Shown here: piece by piece, positions 11,356 through 22,754 of the stretch
How the letters are laid out: each line of letters starts with the position of its first letter
Numbering within the stretch: position 1 is the stretch's first letter
Source of the DNA: Chromera velia
Taxonomy: Eukaryota
Direction: 5' to 3'
NCBI GenBank assembly: GCA_018398765.1
Contig: JAHBMJ010000124.1
Span: forward strand, 62,001 to 126,000
DNA: 64,000 nt
Program-made: the position numbers and the translations under genes
Notes under the pieces: model-generated
What the model saw: the letters and a program-made list of their open reading frames with translations, nothing else
Database searches by the model: none
What the model was told of the DNA's origin: nothing

Positions 11356-13549
11356 AGTAGACGATTCAGGAGAGGAAGGGGAGACGGGATGAGACGTGGC
11401 TGGCTCAGGGGGAGAGTTCCCACCGGAAGTAAATACCCATCGCTACAGCGCCTTTACTTGCCTAGTAAAAAATCGTGCACTAGCTTGGATGAATTCAAAT
11501 GAGTTGAAGGTGCCAAGGATTTGCCACGCTTCTCTACAGCCTGTAATGGAACATTCGCAACAGAAGGGGGTATACGGGTGGGTGACTTGGAAGGAACGTA
11601 TGGAAGCTTAAAAAAAAAAATTGAGCGAAAAAAAAAAGAAAATCAGGGAGAGACGTGTTGAGGGATGGGAAAGAAAACTAGAGGAAAGGGAAGAATCTTA
11701 GGTAAGAACCTGAGGTAAGAAATGATTCAGTATATGCAGGACTAAGTTGGAAGGGAGGGCAGGAAAGAAGGCGAAAGAAAAAAAAAGAAAAGCAAAAAAA
11801 ATAAAAGAAAAGAAAAGGGGATTGAAAGGACAGAAAGATTGCATGAATAAACGCTACATTAATTGGGTATTCATCGTTCAACACTGTTAAATTGGGGAAG
11901 AAGAGCTAGGTATGTGTTGAGTTGACCATCCGTGATACCCAATACTTGCAGCCCTTCTTTGACCACGTTGAGAATTCTATGGATTGCGGAGCCCTTTTCT
12001 TTTCGTTGATGTTTCTACCATTGACAACCTCTACAAATCCTTTGATGCGGCGGAATCAAAACATCTGCAGGAATTGCTAAATCGGAAAGGCGAAAGAGGA
12101 CAGTATCACCTGTAGATAAAACACTTTTGCGTCGAGCATCAAATTGGTGAAAAGCCCTGTTAATTCTTTTCTCAGAAGTCAGATACGAAGGGAAAGACGG
12201 GAAAGGCTTTAGGGCCACTGTGGACAAGAAAGGAGACTCAGTCCAGAAGGGGGTGAAGAAGCTGCTCTCTGTATATGACAGCAGGAGTGAAGTAATAGTA
12301 AAGTAATAGCAATACAAAGAACAAACAGATCCGGAATGGGGGTATATGTGTTGTGCGCATGCAAAGTTCAGCGAGTTGTTCTTCCCACACAGTTTTGCAA
12401 AGAGATCGGTAACAAAGATCTCTTCATTATATGTGCTACACTCGAAAGCGTCAATCTGAGAGAGGATAGGTCATGTGTGCTTACCAGTATAGCGCGTGCG
12501 GCTCCTTGAGAAAGACGAAAACCTCAAGGGACCCCCGTTCCCGGAGCCCAGAACACCCCCCTGTGCAACCACCGCAACGCACAATAGAAAGGCGAACCCC
12601 CACGACACGCGGGTCATCGTGAAGATGGACAGTTATCAGTAGGCAAGGTTGCCGAAGAGGAAGAGCCCAGAAGGCAGAAAAGAACCAAACTATATACACA
12701 GCAACAGCCTATATGTGTTGCTTCTGATTCGATAAACAAGATCCTTCAATTGTTGAAAGAACTCGAAGAGCTATCGCCATGCTTTGTGCTTCGTTTGAGA
12801 AACTGGAATCGTACAGTTTCTTTAAGAGAATTTAAGAGTTACTTACGCCACCCATTCTGTCAGATAATATCGGAATGAATCTTCAATATTCTTTAAGCTA
12901 GGGCTTATACAAGAAAGAGCGTTATCAATACACGAGAGTGCATGCATGGCAACATGCATGGGCGCGTACACTGCACATCGAATTAAGAATTTCTCACAAT
13001 CATGCATACATGCATCTAAATAGGCGCGTACACAATTTTTGTGTTTTGTCAACGACTCAGTGGTGCGCTATACATAAGTTAAACTAATGATTGTATGAGT
13101 CAAACTCAGTAGACTGTAGAAAAGTACGACACTGCTACTGCCAGGGTTGTCTCGCGGGGGAGTCTGGGATATGCAGATAGGAATTCTTCTTCATGTCAGT
13201 GCTCTTCGGAATTTGTCTCAGAGTGTCTTATATTTCTGTGTGTTTATTTTATACATCGTGCATCTTTTCTTATTCCTACACTGAGCTGTGCGGACAGACT
13301 GAGGCATCGTACAAGAGAACGGCGGTCCTCTTAGTACAGGGGTGAGTGTGTTTCTTTCTTGCCTTCCTTTGAGGTGCAGAAGTGACCCTTTTTCCCCTCT
13401 ATGATGCTTCTAACTGAACTGATCGATCGCTATCTGAGAACGCCATGACGTGCAGAGACAAATTGTTAGAGACCTCCTTAAACCTAACTACCACTTGAAA
13501 GTTCAAGCCGCATTTTTGGGTAAACTTAAAACAACTAATTTAAAAGTTT

Positions 13550-14250
13550 GAAAGCCGCATATCTGGATAGTATCTTGACCGTCTACGCCGCAGGCATGGA
13601 CGGTCTCTAAAAAACGATGCCGCAGATAGAGAATGATAGAGATCATCTTGATTATATTTTTTCAAGTGATACTTAGGTTCAGGGAGGTTTTGTTAGAGAC
13701 CACAGCTTACAAAAATTTTTTTCTCTTTCTTTCTTTGGGCTTCTATAAATCCCCTCCCTATCTGTTTCCCTACCTACCTGCAAGAATGGCTGCAATGTCG
13801 CTTCCTCAAATAAATAAAATAAACTAAATGAATATCGGCCTCTGACATTGTTAAATCAATTTAATTCATTTATACGACCTAACTTGAAAGTCTGCGCCGC
13901 AGGCGTGGATCATTTATGATATCTTCTAAGGTGTCTTGAAAGCCAAAGCCGCATATCTAGACGGTATCTTGACCGTCTAGTATGCGGCAGGCGTAGACGG
14001 TCTCTTAAAAGACGATGCCGTAGATAGAGAATGATAGAGATCATCTTGATGATATTTTTTTAAGTGATACTTAGGTTTAGGGAGGTTTTGTTAGAGACCA
14101 CAGCTTACAAAATTTTTTTTTCTTTTTTTCTTTCTTTAGGCTTCTGTAAATCCCCTCCCTGTCTGCTTCTCTACCTACTTGCAAGAATCGCTGCAATATC
14201 GCTTCCTCAAATAAATAAAATAAATTAAATGAATATCAGCCTCTGATAAA
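13550..14250. repeat. Direct duplication of ~300 bp (about 13552-13848 and 13946-14246) with partial flanking copies
   Basis: aagccgcatatct...gatagagaatgatagagatcatcttgat...gaatatc(g/a)gcctctga is present twice. Confidence 0.9.
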
Positions 14251-15660
14251 TCAATTGATTTCATTTATGCGGCCTACCTGCAAGAATGACTGCAATGTCG
14301 CTTCCTGCTGCCCCGTTAACATTCTGCATAATCGTGTCACGGACTTCAGTGCCGTAGGACGCCCCTCCCATGTATTTTTATATTCTTGCGGGAAGGCCCT
14401 AGGGTGGAACATATCAATCAATCAGTCAATCAATTCTCTCCAGCGCGAAGGGGGTCGAGACAGTAGACCTCTACTAGTACAATGTTTTGTATGAATAAAA
14501 TAAATAGATCTCTATTAAATCGACGGTAGGAATCTAGCGGAGTACTGTGGTATTGCATTTTGCATTGAAAAAGCTCTAGTCCCCGAAAGTATTGGTCTGA
14601 TGCTTGAATCATGCTTCCCTTCTACTAATAACTCAATTTTCAAGTTCTAGGTTGAGCAAATCCCAAACGGTATAAGCCGACCTCCGGCAGTGGACCGCGG
14701 GCAAAACCCGGAACATCAATGCTATGCGATGCTATGTTATTATATGATGCATTAATTCTACTCCAATTAACTGCGCAGTGTGCACTAGACTGCCAGTGTG
14801 CATGGAGCTAGACATGGACTCCAACAACGAAAGGAACCCTGTTGGTGAATCACTTTCTTTCCAGCTTTCTTTTGAGGCAGCAACAGACACACACCCAGAC
14901 ATTTTCAGAAAAAGGGAGTCGATTGATCAGACAGGGACATAAACAATTAAGACCGAATTCTCTGTTGACACAATGCAGCCAGAAACAATCGATCCGATAC
15001 TGACTGTCCCACTGATTCGATCGGAATCTTTCCGTACCACATACATATGAACACTGTCTCCTCATGCAGTGATGCATATTCTGTCTCAAACTCTCTCTAG
15101 CTTGACTTGGCGGCATGGCTTAGGCCGCTTCTCTGGAACAAAGAGCTTGCAAACACGCATAGGTGGGTGGGTGTGTGAGAGACGACCTTGAAGGCAAAGA
15201 TACGATCGAGAAGACGGCCGGCCTGGTCGTGCTGAGGAAACGGGAGCAAACAAACAGATCGACAAATGTCAGGGGAAGGGCACACTCGAGTCAGGGGAAG
15301 GGCACACTCGAGACAGAAAAACTGCATCAGAGCAAATAGACCTTTGAAGCGAGAACGCAGGTATAAATACAGAGACATCGCCCATTGAATTCGACAAAGA
15401 AACAGACGGTGCCCCTTCTTTTTCATTTCCGGCAGACAAGCTTTTCGGTCATTGAAGTACAGAAAGAGAGAGAGAGACCCGCAGCTTTCCATCTCAACAC
15501 AAAGTTTCCTGCTTATGAACTGTGAGCGCTTGAAATTCAATCAATCAATGCACGTGTGCATGGAAGGAGGATATATCAATAGATCGTCATTCTGCCTTTT
15601 TTCCGCAACAATCATGTCGCCTTCATTTTCTTCCACTTCAATCTTCTCTCTTTTTTGTTC

Positions 15661-16077
15661 CTACTCCACCAACGAGACTTCTGTGCTCTCCGTGCCTCCC
15701 TCTGACAATTTCTCCGCCTCTGCCCGTCTCCCCTCTGCGTCTTTGTGGAATTGCATGATTGTCGTTGTGGTGTCGAACTTTGTATCGTGGAACCAAGAGT
15801 GCCCCCCCCCTCCGTATTTAATCAGTTTCTGTTGGATGGCACTGGAGCACCCGGAGGTCTCCTCATCCCACACCAACGCAGTGACGGTCGTCCGAGAGGA
15901 AGGCACCGACTCCTCACGGGGGGGGCCCTCCTCTCCTGCACGGCTGCACTGGTTGCGACGAACCCAGGCGTCTAGGTCCGAACGGATGGGGGGGAATCCA
16001 AGGAGGGAGTTTCTGCATGGATGTAGACACAGAAAGAAAGAAAGAAAGAAAAGAAAAGAAAAGAAAGAAAGAAAGAA

Positions 16078-16117
<40 letters not shown>

Positions 16118-17870
16118 AAAAAAGAAAAGAAAGAAAGAAAGAAAGAAAGAAAGGGCAAGAGGAGGGAGGAAAGGAATTGGTGAGGGTGCAAGCAAACAAA
16201 CGAGAAAGAAAACGAGCACTGACTGACTGACTGTCTCACTGACTGACTGACTGACTGACTGACTGGCTGACTGACTGACTGAATGAATGAATGAATGTCT
16301 GACTGACTGAATGAGGGAGGAATGATAAATAAACGGATCGAGGGAGGAAAGAAGGAAGCAAGGAAGGGCAAGGAGACCAACATTCAAATACGAAGAACAG
16401 GCAGCTAGGAAACAAAAAAAGGGCAAGAAATCGGAAACGAACCCACACCGAAAGAATTTGAGTCGCATCCATCCATGATGTCCAAAGATGCACAGAAGCG
16501 GCCCACTACCTCACGTGAACATCGAGCGGAAAAACATCTTCCTGAGTCATTGGAAACTAGGCAAAACATTTCTCCCGGACGACTTGAGGGGCAACTTGAC
16601 ATGACACAGAGACAAAAGAGACAACAAATTCTATTGAGGTTTCCCCTAGCCGTTCTTGTCTGACAGCCGACCAACTGACCCTCCGAGTGGCACCTTAATA
16701 TCTGCGGTCCCGTGCATACTGAGGATTGAGACGGCTCTTTCTCCGTTCCCCTCTCTCTTCCTCAACTGCCACACACTGGGGTCGCGTCCCTCCTCCATCA
16801 TCTGGTCGCATTTGGACAAGCCCTCCATGTTGCCGGGGCGCAACACCACGGCACCCCCAACGGACGCGACGGCGTCGATGGCCTCAGGGTGTTTGCATGC
16901 GAAGGCTTCGGACATCATCCCCCCGGCAGAGAACCCGGAGAAGAAGACAGACTCGAAGGGCAGATCCTTCTGGACTTCCTTTTGAGCTTCTGTCACCTCC
17001 ACAACCGCCGTCTCCGTGTCCTTCGGCAGGAAGGGAGCGTAGTCCTTGTCTACAGCGTCTCCCATGTAGACGAGCAGACTCTCGAGGAAGGCAAAGTCGT
17101 CCACGCTGAGTGAGAGCAAAGGAAAGAAAATGAAAATCGAATCGGACAGGACATCATGAGAAACACAGATTCTCTCTTTACAACCCTGCTACTGGACATG
17201 ACAAGAGGACGGACAGGAAGGAGAGAGTCAACATTAAAGAAGAGGAACTGTCCCAAGAGCCAGACAGATTTTGACATCAAAGAAGAGGAACTGTAGACAG
17301 TATCAATGAGAGCTCGAGCGAGTCGAAGACAGGAAAAGAAGTCAGACATGAAATAGAGCATTGAACACGAATCGGCAGGCAGCGGAAAGGAGAAGACAAC
17401 ATGCGGAGCCTTTGATAACGAAAAACGTTCGATCAGCATCGAGGCATGCGTGAAAGTGCCGAAACACTAAATTAAAGGAGACGGAACGGAACGGAGACGG
17501 GAGACGCCGCGAAACTCAAAACACTGCGCGCAGTCACTGACTTGTCGCTGTGGCAGCATTTGCCCGCATTCCATGAAGCCTGAAAGAACCATCCGTTTTG
17601 GTCTGCAGCAGGACACACGAGGATGTGCCCTTCTTTTGGCGCCTTCTCATCCAGAAGAGTTGCAGAGCAGAAGTTGCTTGGGCTATCTCCGAGGCCGTGC
17701 AATCCGACGTGCAGCTTTGGTGTCACCCCCTTCATCTCAGAGATCTCAGCAGGGAAGTACACCAACACACGGCGACTGCCAGCTTCAGCAGTCTTCAGCT
17801 GGAATTCCGCTTTTTTGTCAGCAGACGCCCCTAGGGCAAAAGCACCGACTGCGAGAGCGAACGAACGCAT
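15661..17870 (-). CDS. Secreted alpha/beta-hydrolase, LpqC/PHB-depolymerase-like esterase; 3 exons (17870-17542, 17105-16680, 16012-15661), ~368 aa
   Basis: Signal-peptide-like N-terminus MRSFALAVGAFALGASA. Motifs LHGLG, WNAGKCC, VDDFAFL, nucleophile GFSAGG, MHGTAD and GGGHSW. Both introns are GTCAGT...CAG in phase 2 and preserve frame. Confidence 0.88.
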
Positions 17871-18216
17871 TCTCCGAGAGAAAAGGCCTGTAGAGTTGCC
17901 GAAGAACAGCTGCAGTTCCACAGAAGCTACAGGAAGGCCTTTGCAGATGAAGCGGGTGCTGGGAATAGGAGCAGTACCACACGTCTCCGAACGTCTTCGT
18001 CGGTGAAATCGAAACCTTGAGGAGCCTTGTCCGCCAGACTCAGCGTCCACAATATTCCACAATGTCAAAGAAATCAGCTAGCCGTCTCGTCTCCGTCTCA
18101 AGCCGTCTCCATTAAGTCCCGCGTGGGCGCCGCGGCCCATGCCGCGCATATGCCGCGCATTAATTGCCGCGGGGCATGCAGTCTCCTAGCTTCTGCATGG
18201 CAAGGGCTAGGCTGGC

Positions 18217-19364
18217 ATACCGCCTGTGGAAAAATTATTGATGAAAAAAATCGCTAAAAATTCTAGCATGTTTTAAATTTAGTCCCCAAAAATGTTATTT
18301 ACTTGGTTACAGAGTGCGGGGTTTAAAAACCTTAATTTTTGAATTTCATAGGGTCACTAGACTGTAAAGGCAAAAAATTATAAAAAATATTTAAGTTTTG
18401 AAATTCATTTTTTTTCTGACTTTTTTGAAAAATATAATCTTTGATATTTCATTCTTGAATCACCTCAAAACTATTTGTGTTTTATAAAAAAATAGTTTGC
18501 AGTTGTTGTAAGATATTCTTAAAATATTAGCTTCATATCATGATTAGTTTGAGAGTTAGGACTAGGAAGAAGGCTCAAATAATTTTTCCACAGGCGGAGC
18601 AAAGCCTAATTTTTGATATAAATATATTTTCCAAGGCCATTTTTTTTTAATACAATAAGTGTGGTGCTCTGACTCATGCAGCAAGGCAGCAAACAGCTCA
18701 AAGCTTATACTCCAGTAAAATATCAGACATCTACTCTAAGCTAACGGTATGTGGTGCGGTTTGCGTTAAGGGGAAGTTAGACAAAAGAGAAGACAAAGTG
18801 GGCAGAAAAAGATGAATAACGATGCAGATGTTTATTTGTATGATTTTCTTTCATTTCTCAAGAATTGTAGAGGATACTACAGATTCATATATTACTTTAA
18901 CTCAATTATAAAACTACCTTACACGCAGCAGNNNNNNNNNNNNNNNNNNNNNNNNNNNNNNNNNNNNNNNNNNNNNNNNNNNNNNNNNNNNNGAAAAATT
19001 ATTGATGAAAAAAATCGCTAAAAATTCTAGCATGTTTTAAATTTAGTCCCCAAAAATGTTATTTACTTGGTTACAGAGTGCGGGGTTTAAAAACCTTAAT
19101 TTTTGAATTTCATAGGGTCACTAGACTGTAAAGGCAAAAAATTATAAAAAATATTTAAGTTTTGAAATTCAATTTTTTTCTGACTTTTTTGAAAAATATA
19201 ATCTTTGATATTTCATTCTTGAATCACCTCAAAACTATTTGTGTTTTATAAAAAAATAGTTTGCAGTTGTTGTAAGATATTCTTAAAATATTAGCTTCAT
19301 ATCATGATTAGTTTGAGAGTTAGGACTAGGAAGAAGGCTCAAATAATTTTTCCACAGGCGGTGT
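18217..19364. mobile_element. AT-rich MITE-like element (~380-bp unit), present on both sides of an N gap
   Basis: TIRs CCGCCTGTGGAAAAATTATT / AATAATTTTTCCACAGGCGG. The outer flanks share GCTGGC. 18993-19361 repeats 18229-18597. Confidence 0.7.
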
Positions 19365-19789
19365 GCTGGCATGCATCCACATTGAAGTCTGACGGACTCT
19401 GACCTGCCTTTTCAACGACGACTGCATCGTTCTATTAATATCCTTTGCGTCGCCCGCTTCATGCAGTCTTTCCCCCTCCGTTTTCTTACTGCGAGGTATT
19501 GCACACGTGAGGACTTTCTCAGTGGACAGTCGTCAGCGTCGAGTAGACGGGTCGAACAGAAAAAAGAAGAGTTCAGGGAAACCTTCAAGGCTCGTGAGTT
19601 GTCTTTTGCTTACCGCACACTAAGTGATCGTTCTTTGCTCTCCAATCACGAAGGTTAAAATGACCCGGTACTTATAAGAATGGATCACCTGTAACACAAA
19701 TCACTCTGAAACTGTACTCGCATGAATTCGCATCACTGTCAATCCTGTCATCGCCAGTATGTTGCTGTTACTATATCGTGCTCATGCAA

Positions 19790-20285
19790 TAAGGCAGACT
19801 GAGAGTTTGCACCGTCTCCGCGCAGAAGAACAGGTAGGGATGCCAGTATCTGGTTTGTTCTCCCATTCTTTCTTTCCTTTCGACCTGTATGAGGTCTTCC
19901 TCGTGGCCTGCTTTCTTCCCCCGTCAGCTCAAACAAATGACTCACTTCGAGGAACTGACAGTGCTTGCTTATATGTCTCTTGGCTTTTCTGTTTTCTGCA
20001 TCCCTTGATGTAGGTCGCTTTTATTTTCTGGTTGCCTTTGGTTGTTTATGCATTTGCCTCTTGTGTGTACGTGTTTCTTCTGTCTGTCTTATGTCTGCGA
20101 GTGCATCCTGACATGCTGCAGGGGATTTCATCATCGACGGGGAGAACGTGGGAGAGCTGCTCGACCCAAACGCACAGAACAACCCGAACCTGCAAACGGT
20201 CAGTCAGTTGCAGTGTGGCGACGACGGCTGCAACTGGGACTCTTCCCCCCCCTCCCTGCCCGCCTTCGATTTGCCTTTGGTCCCG

Positions 20286-20332
<47 letters not shown>

Positions 20333-22200
20333 TCTTTCGGCAGAAGAGCAGCAAAGACGGGAAATAGCATGAATGTGCAGATTGAGAGAGGAAGGAAGCT
20401 GAAACTCCCCGCCTGGCAGGCATGTCAGCTCTCTAATTGGGGGGCTGTCCAGATCCTGCGTCCCGAGTTCTCTCCCCGACCGGTTTCGAGGATCTCAGGG
20501 CAGACCCCTCAACGTCTCTGTGTCCAACGAGAGCCCGTACTTTTGGGAAGTTGGAATGAGACTGAGCACGCACATGTGAGTAGATGAAACGAAATTTGCA
20601 CAAGAGCATTATTGGGCGGACAAGTGAGAGAGTGCGGGATTGAGGAAAGGATGGATGGAGCGAGCAAGCGAGTGAGAGAGTTGTACCGTGGTTACTTTCA
20701 AGTAATGCCTTCTTTCTCTCTCTCATGCAGAATATGCAAACAGGAAGGAGGGAAGGAAGGAGGGAAGGAAGGGAGGAAGGAGGCGAGGAAGGAAGGAATC
20801 AAGCAAGCAAGAAGGGAAGCAAGCAAGCAAGAAAGGAAGCAAGGGAGGAGGGAGGGAAGGAAGGAAGGAAGGAAGGAGGGAAGGAAGGGAGGAAGGAAGC
20901 GAGGAAGGAAGGAATCAAGCAAGCAAGAAGGGAAGCAAGCAAGAAAGGAAGCAAGGGAGGAGGGAGGGAGGGAAGGAAGGAAGGAAGGAAGGAAGGAGGG
21001 AGGGAAGGAAGCAAGGAAGGCAGAGAGGAAGCAAGAAAGGAAGGAAGCAAGCAAGCAAGAAAGGGAGGAAGGAAGGAAGGAGGGAAGGAAGGAAGCAAGG
21101 AAGGAAGGAAAGAAGGAGGGAGGGAAGGAAGCAAGGAAGGAAGAGAGCAAGCAAGAAAGGAAGGAAGGAGGGAGGGAAGGAAGCAAGGAGGGAAGAGAGG
21201 AAGCAAGAAAGGAAGGAAGGAAGGAAGCAAGCAGGAAAGGAAGGAAGGAGGGAAGGAAGCAAGCAGGAAAGGAAGCAAGGAAGGAGGGAAGGAAGTAAGG
21301 AAGAGAGGAAGCAAGAAAGGAAGGATGGCATCGATTCTAGGAGGATGGACCCACGGTGGCAATTGAAGCGCCCCCCTTTCCTTTCTGCCTTCTCGTTCCT
21401 TACTTCCGTTGTTCTTCGTTTTTTCCTTCTCTACCTGTCTGTCTCCCCCCTGGGATGGATCTGATGAGTAATTGAGGACAGAAGAAAGGATGCGAATCCG
21501 CCCTTGAATGTCTTTTTTTCTGGTCAGGTCAACGGACGGGGAGGTGAGATCCATCCAGCAGGGACTCCGCAGCGCTTTCCAACAGAGATGGGCGGACCTG
21601 ATCGACAGGAGCCGACCCTGTCTCCGTGTCGGCCTGGCATCAGTGCGGAGAGAGGATTTGCACAGAAATTGTCCATTGGGGAGGAGGCATCTCAGTCAGT
21701 CAGTTGGTGTGTGTGTGGGGGGGGGGGGGGGGGGNNNNNNNNNGGGGGGGGGGGGGGGGGGGGGTCAGATGACTGAGCTGACACTCTCAGTGTTGTCTTT
21801 TCCTCCTACACCGGTGTGGTTGACTCTCTGCCCCTCTCATCGCTATTCTGGACCTCAAGGAGGCCGAACATCTGCACGGACGGAGCGGTGATCGGGGAGA
21901 CATGCACGCAGTCATCTCCAACCAATCCACTCATGCATGCATCTAGAGAGAAAGGGGATTTCTGTGGTCTTTTCATGGCCTCCTCTTTTCGGTGTCGGCT
22001 CCCTCTACCTGATTATCTGTTTGTCTGTCTACCTGCCTCTCTGCTGATCACTCTGTGTGCGAACTGCTTTTCCTAATATACCGTCTGGCTCAGTGGCTGA
22101 CGAATTCACTGCTTGTTTGCAGGGTTTCAACAGGCACGGCAAGCGGCAGAGGAAAGTGATGACTGGCGTCGACTGTCAGTAGAGGGAAAGGGGCACTGTG
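19790..22200 (+). CDS. PSF3: GINS complex subunit Psf3-like gene, multi-exon, with two apparent -1 frameshifts; outer boundaries approximate
   Basis: Ordered exon peptides DFIIDGENVGELLDP, GRKLKLPAWQA, EDLRADP/NVSVSNESPYFWEVG, IQQGLRSAFQQRWADLIDR and FQQARQAAEESDDW follow the Psf3 pattern as I recall it (GxKLxLPxW; ADPxxVxL...PxFY). Confidence 0.6.
20740..21325. repeat. Intronic compound (GGAA/GCAA/GGGA)n microsatellite
   Basis: Directly visible. Confidence 0.95.
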
Positions 22201-22754
22201 TGGGTGCGTGGAGAGAAGATCGAGAGACGCTGCACGATTCGCTAGTTGATCTTTGTGTTTGTATCTCTCTTATTGCATCGACTGCCAGCCTTTCCCTGTA
22301 CTCCTCTCTTTGTGCGATCTTCAACGGCTCTCGTCTGAAATAGCTTCGCCCATGCATTCAGGGAAAACGTTTTTTTTTTCTGACAAAGAAAAGAAAGTCA
22401 TTCCGAGGACTTGCGAATCCTTTTCTTTTCAACGAAGAAAGAGGACTTTTTCTCAGGTCCTTTTCTCCCTCTTCCAAAGAACCTTACTTTTTCCTCCATC
22501 CATCAAGAATGATCAGCTCTCCTGTCTAACGCGCCTGCCTTCTCTCTATGTCAGCGCGTATTCCCCCATTTGTCTCCCAGCGCCTGTTGTTGCCTCTGCA
22601 AATCTCTCTGCCTCCCTCACACAAGTTTCTTGAGAGAGCGTGCGTGTGCATATGTGCGTGAAATCGCCGTGAATTAGTGTCCCTCGCTAAGTGAGTGTGT
22701 GTCTGACAGAATGAGTGAGTGGCTGAGTTATCGTATCGTCGTTCGTCCATTCCT

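Larger units (their letters stand above)
8742..11423 (-). pseudogene. Decayed long ORF: Pro/Glu-rich 20-aa repeats, 18 IQ-motif-like repeats, and a Trp/Tyr-rich C-terminus
   Basis: The minus frame of the array reads DDSARLIQTAFRSFRLTQQLQQQQQKE and is in frame with ORF 8742-9233. It is broken by CAA>TAA and CAG>TAG stops and by frameshifts. The 5' boundary is approximate. Confidence 0.55.

Noticed and set aside
18598..19000. Composite transposon made of two MITE copies flanking cargo
   Set aside because: The near-identical copies abut an N gap, so a scaffolding artefact is the simpler explanation.
20612..21554. Long K/E/G/R-rich and F/L/P/S-rich ORFs (also 25269-26066 and 44560-45482)
   Set aside because: They are translations of stop-free microsatellites.
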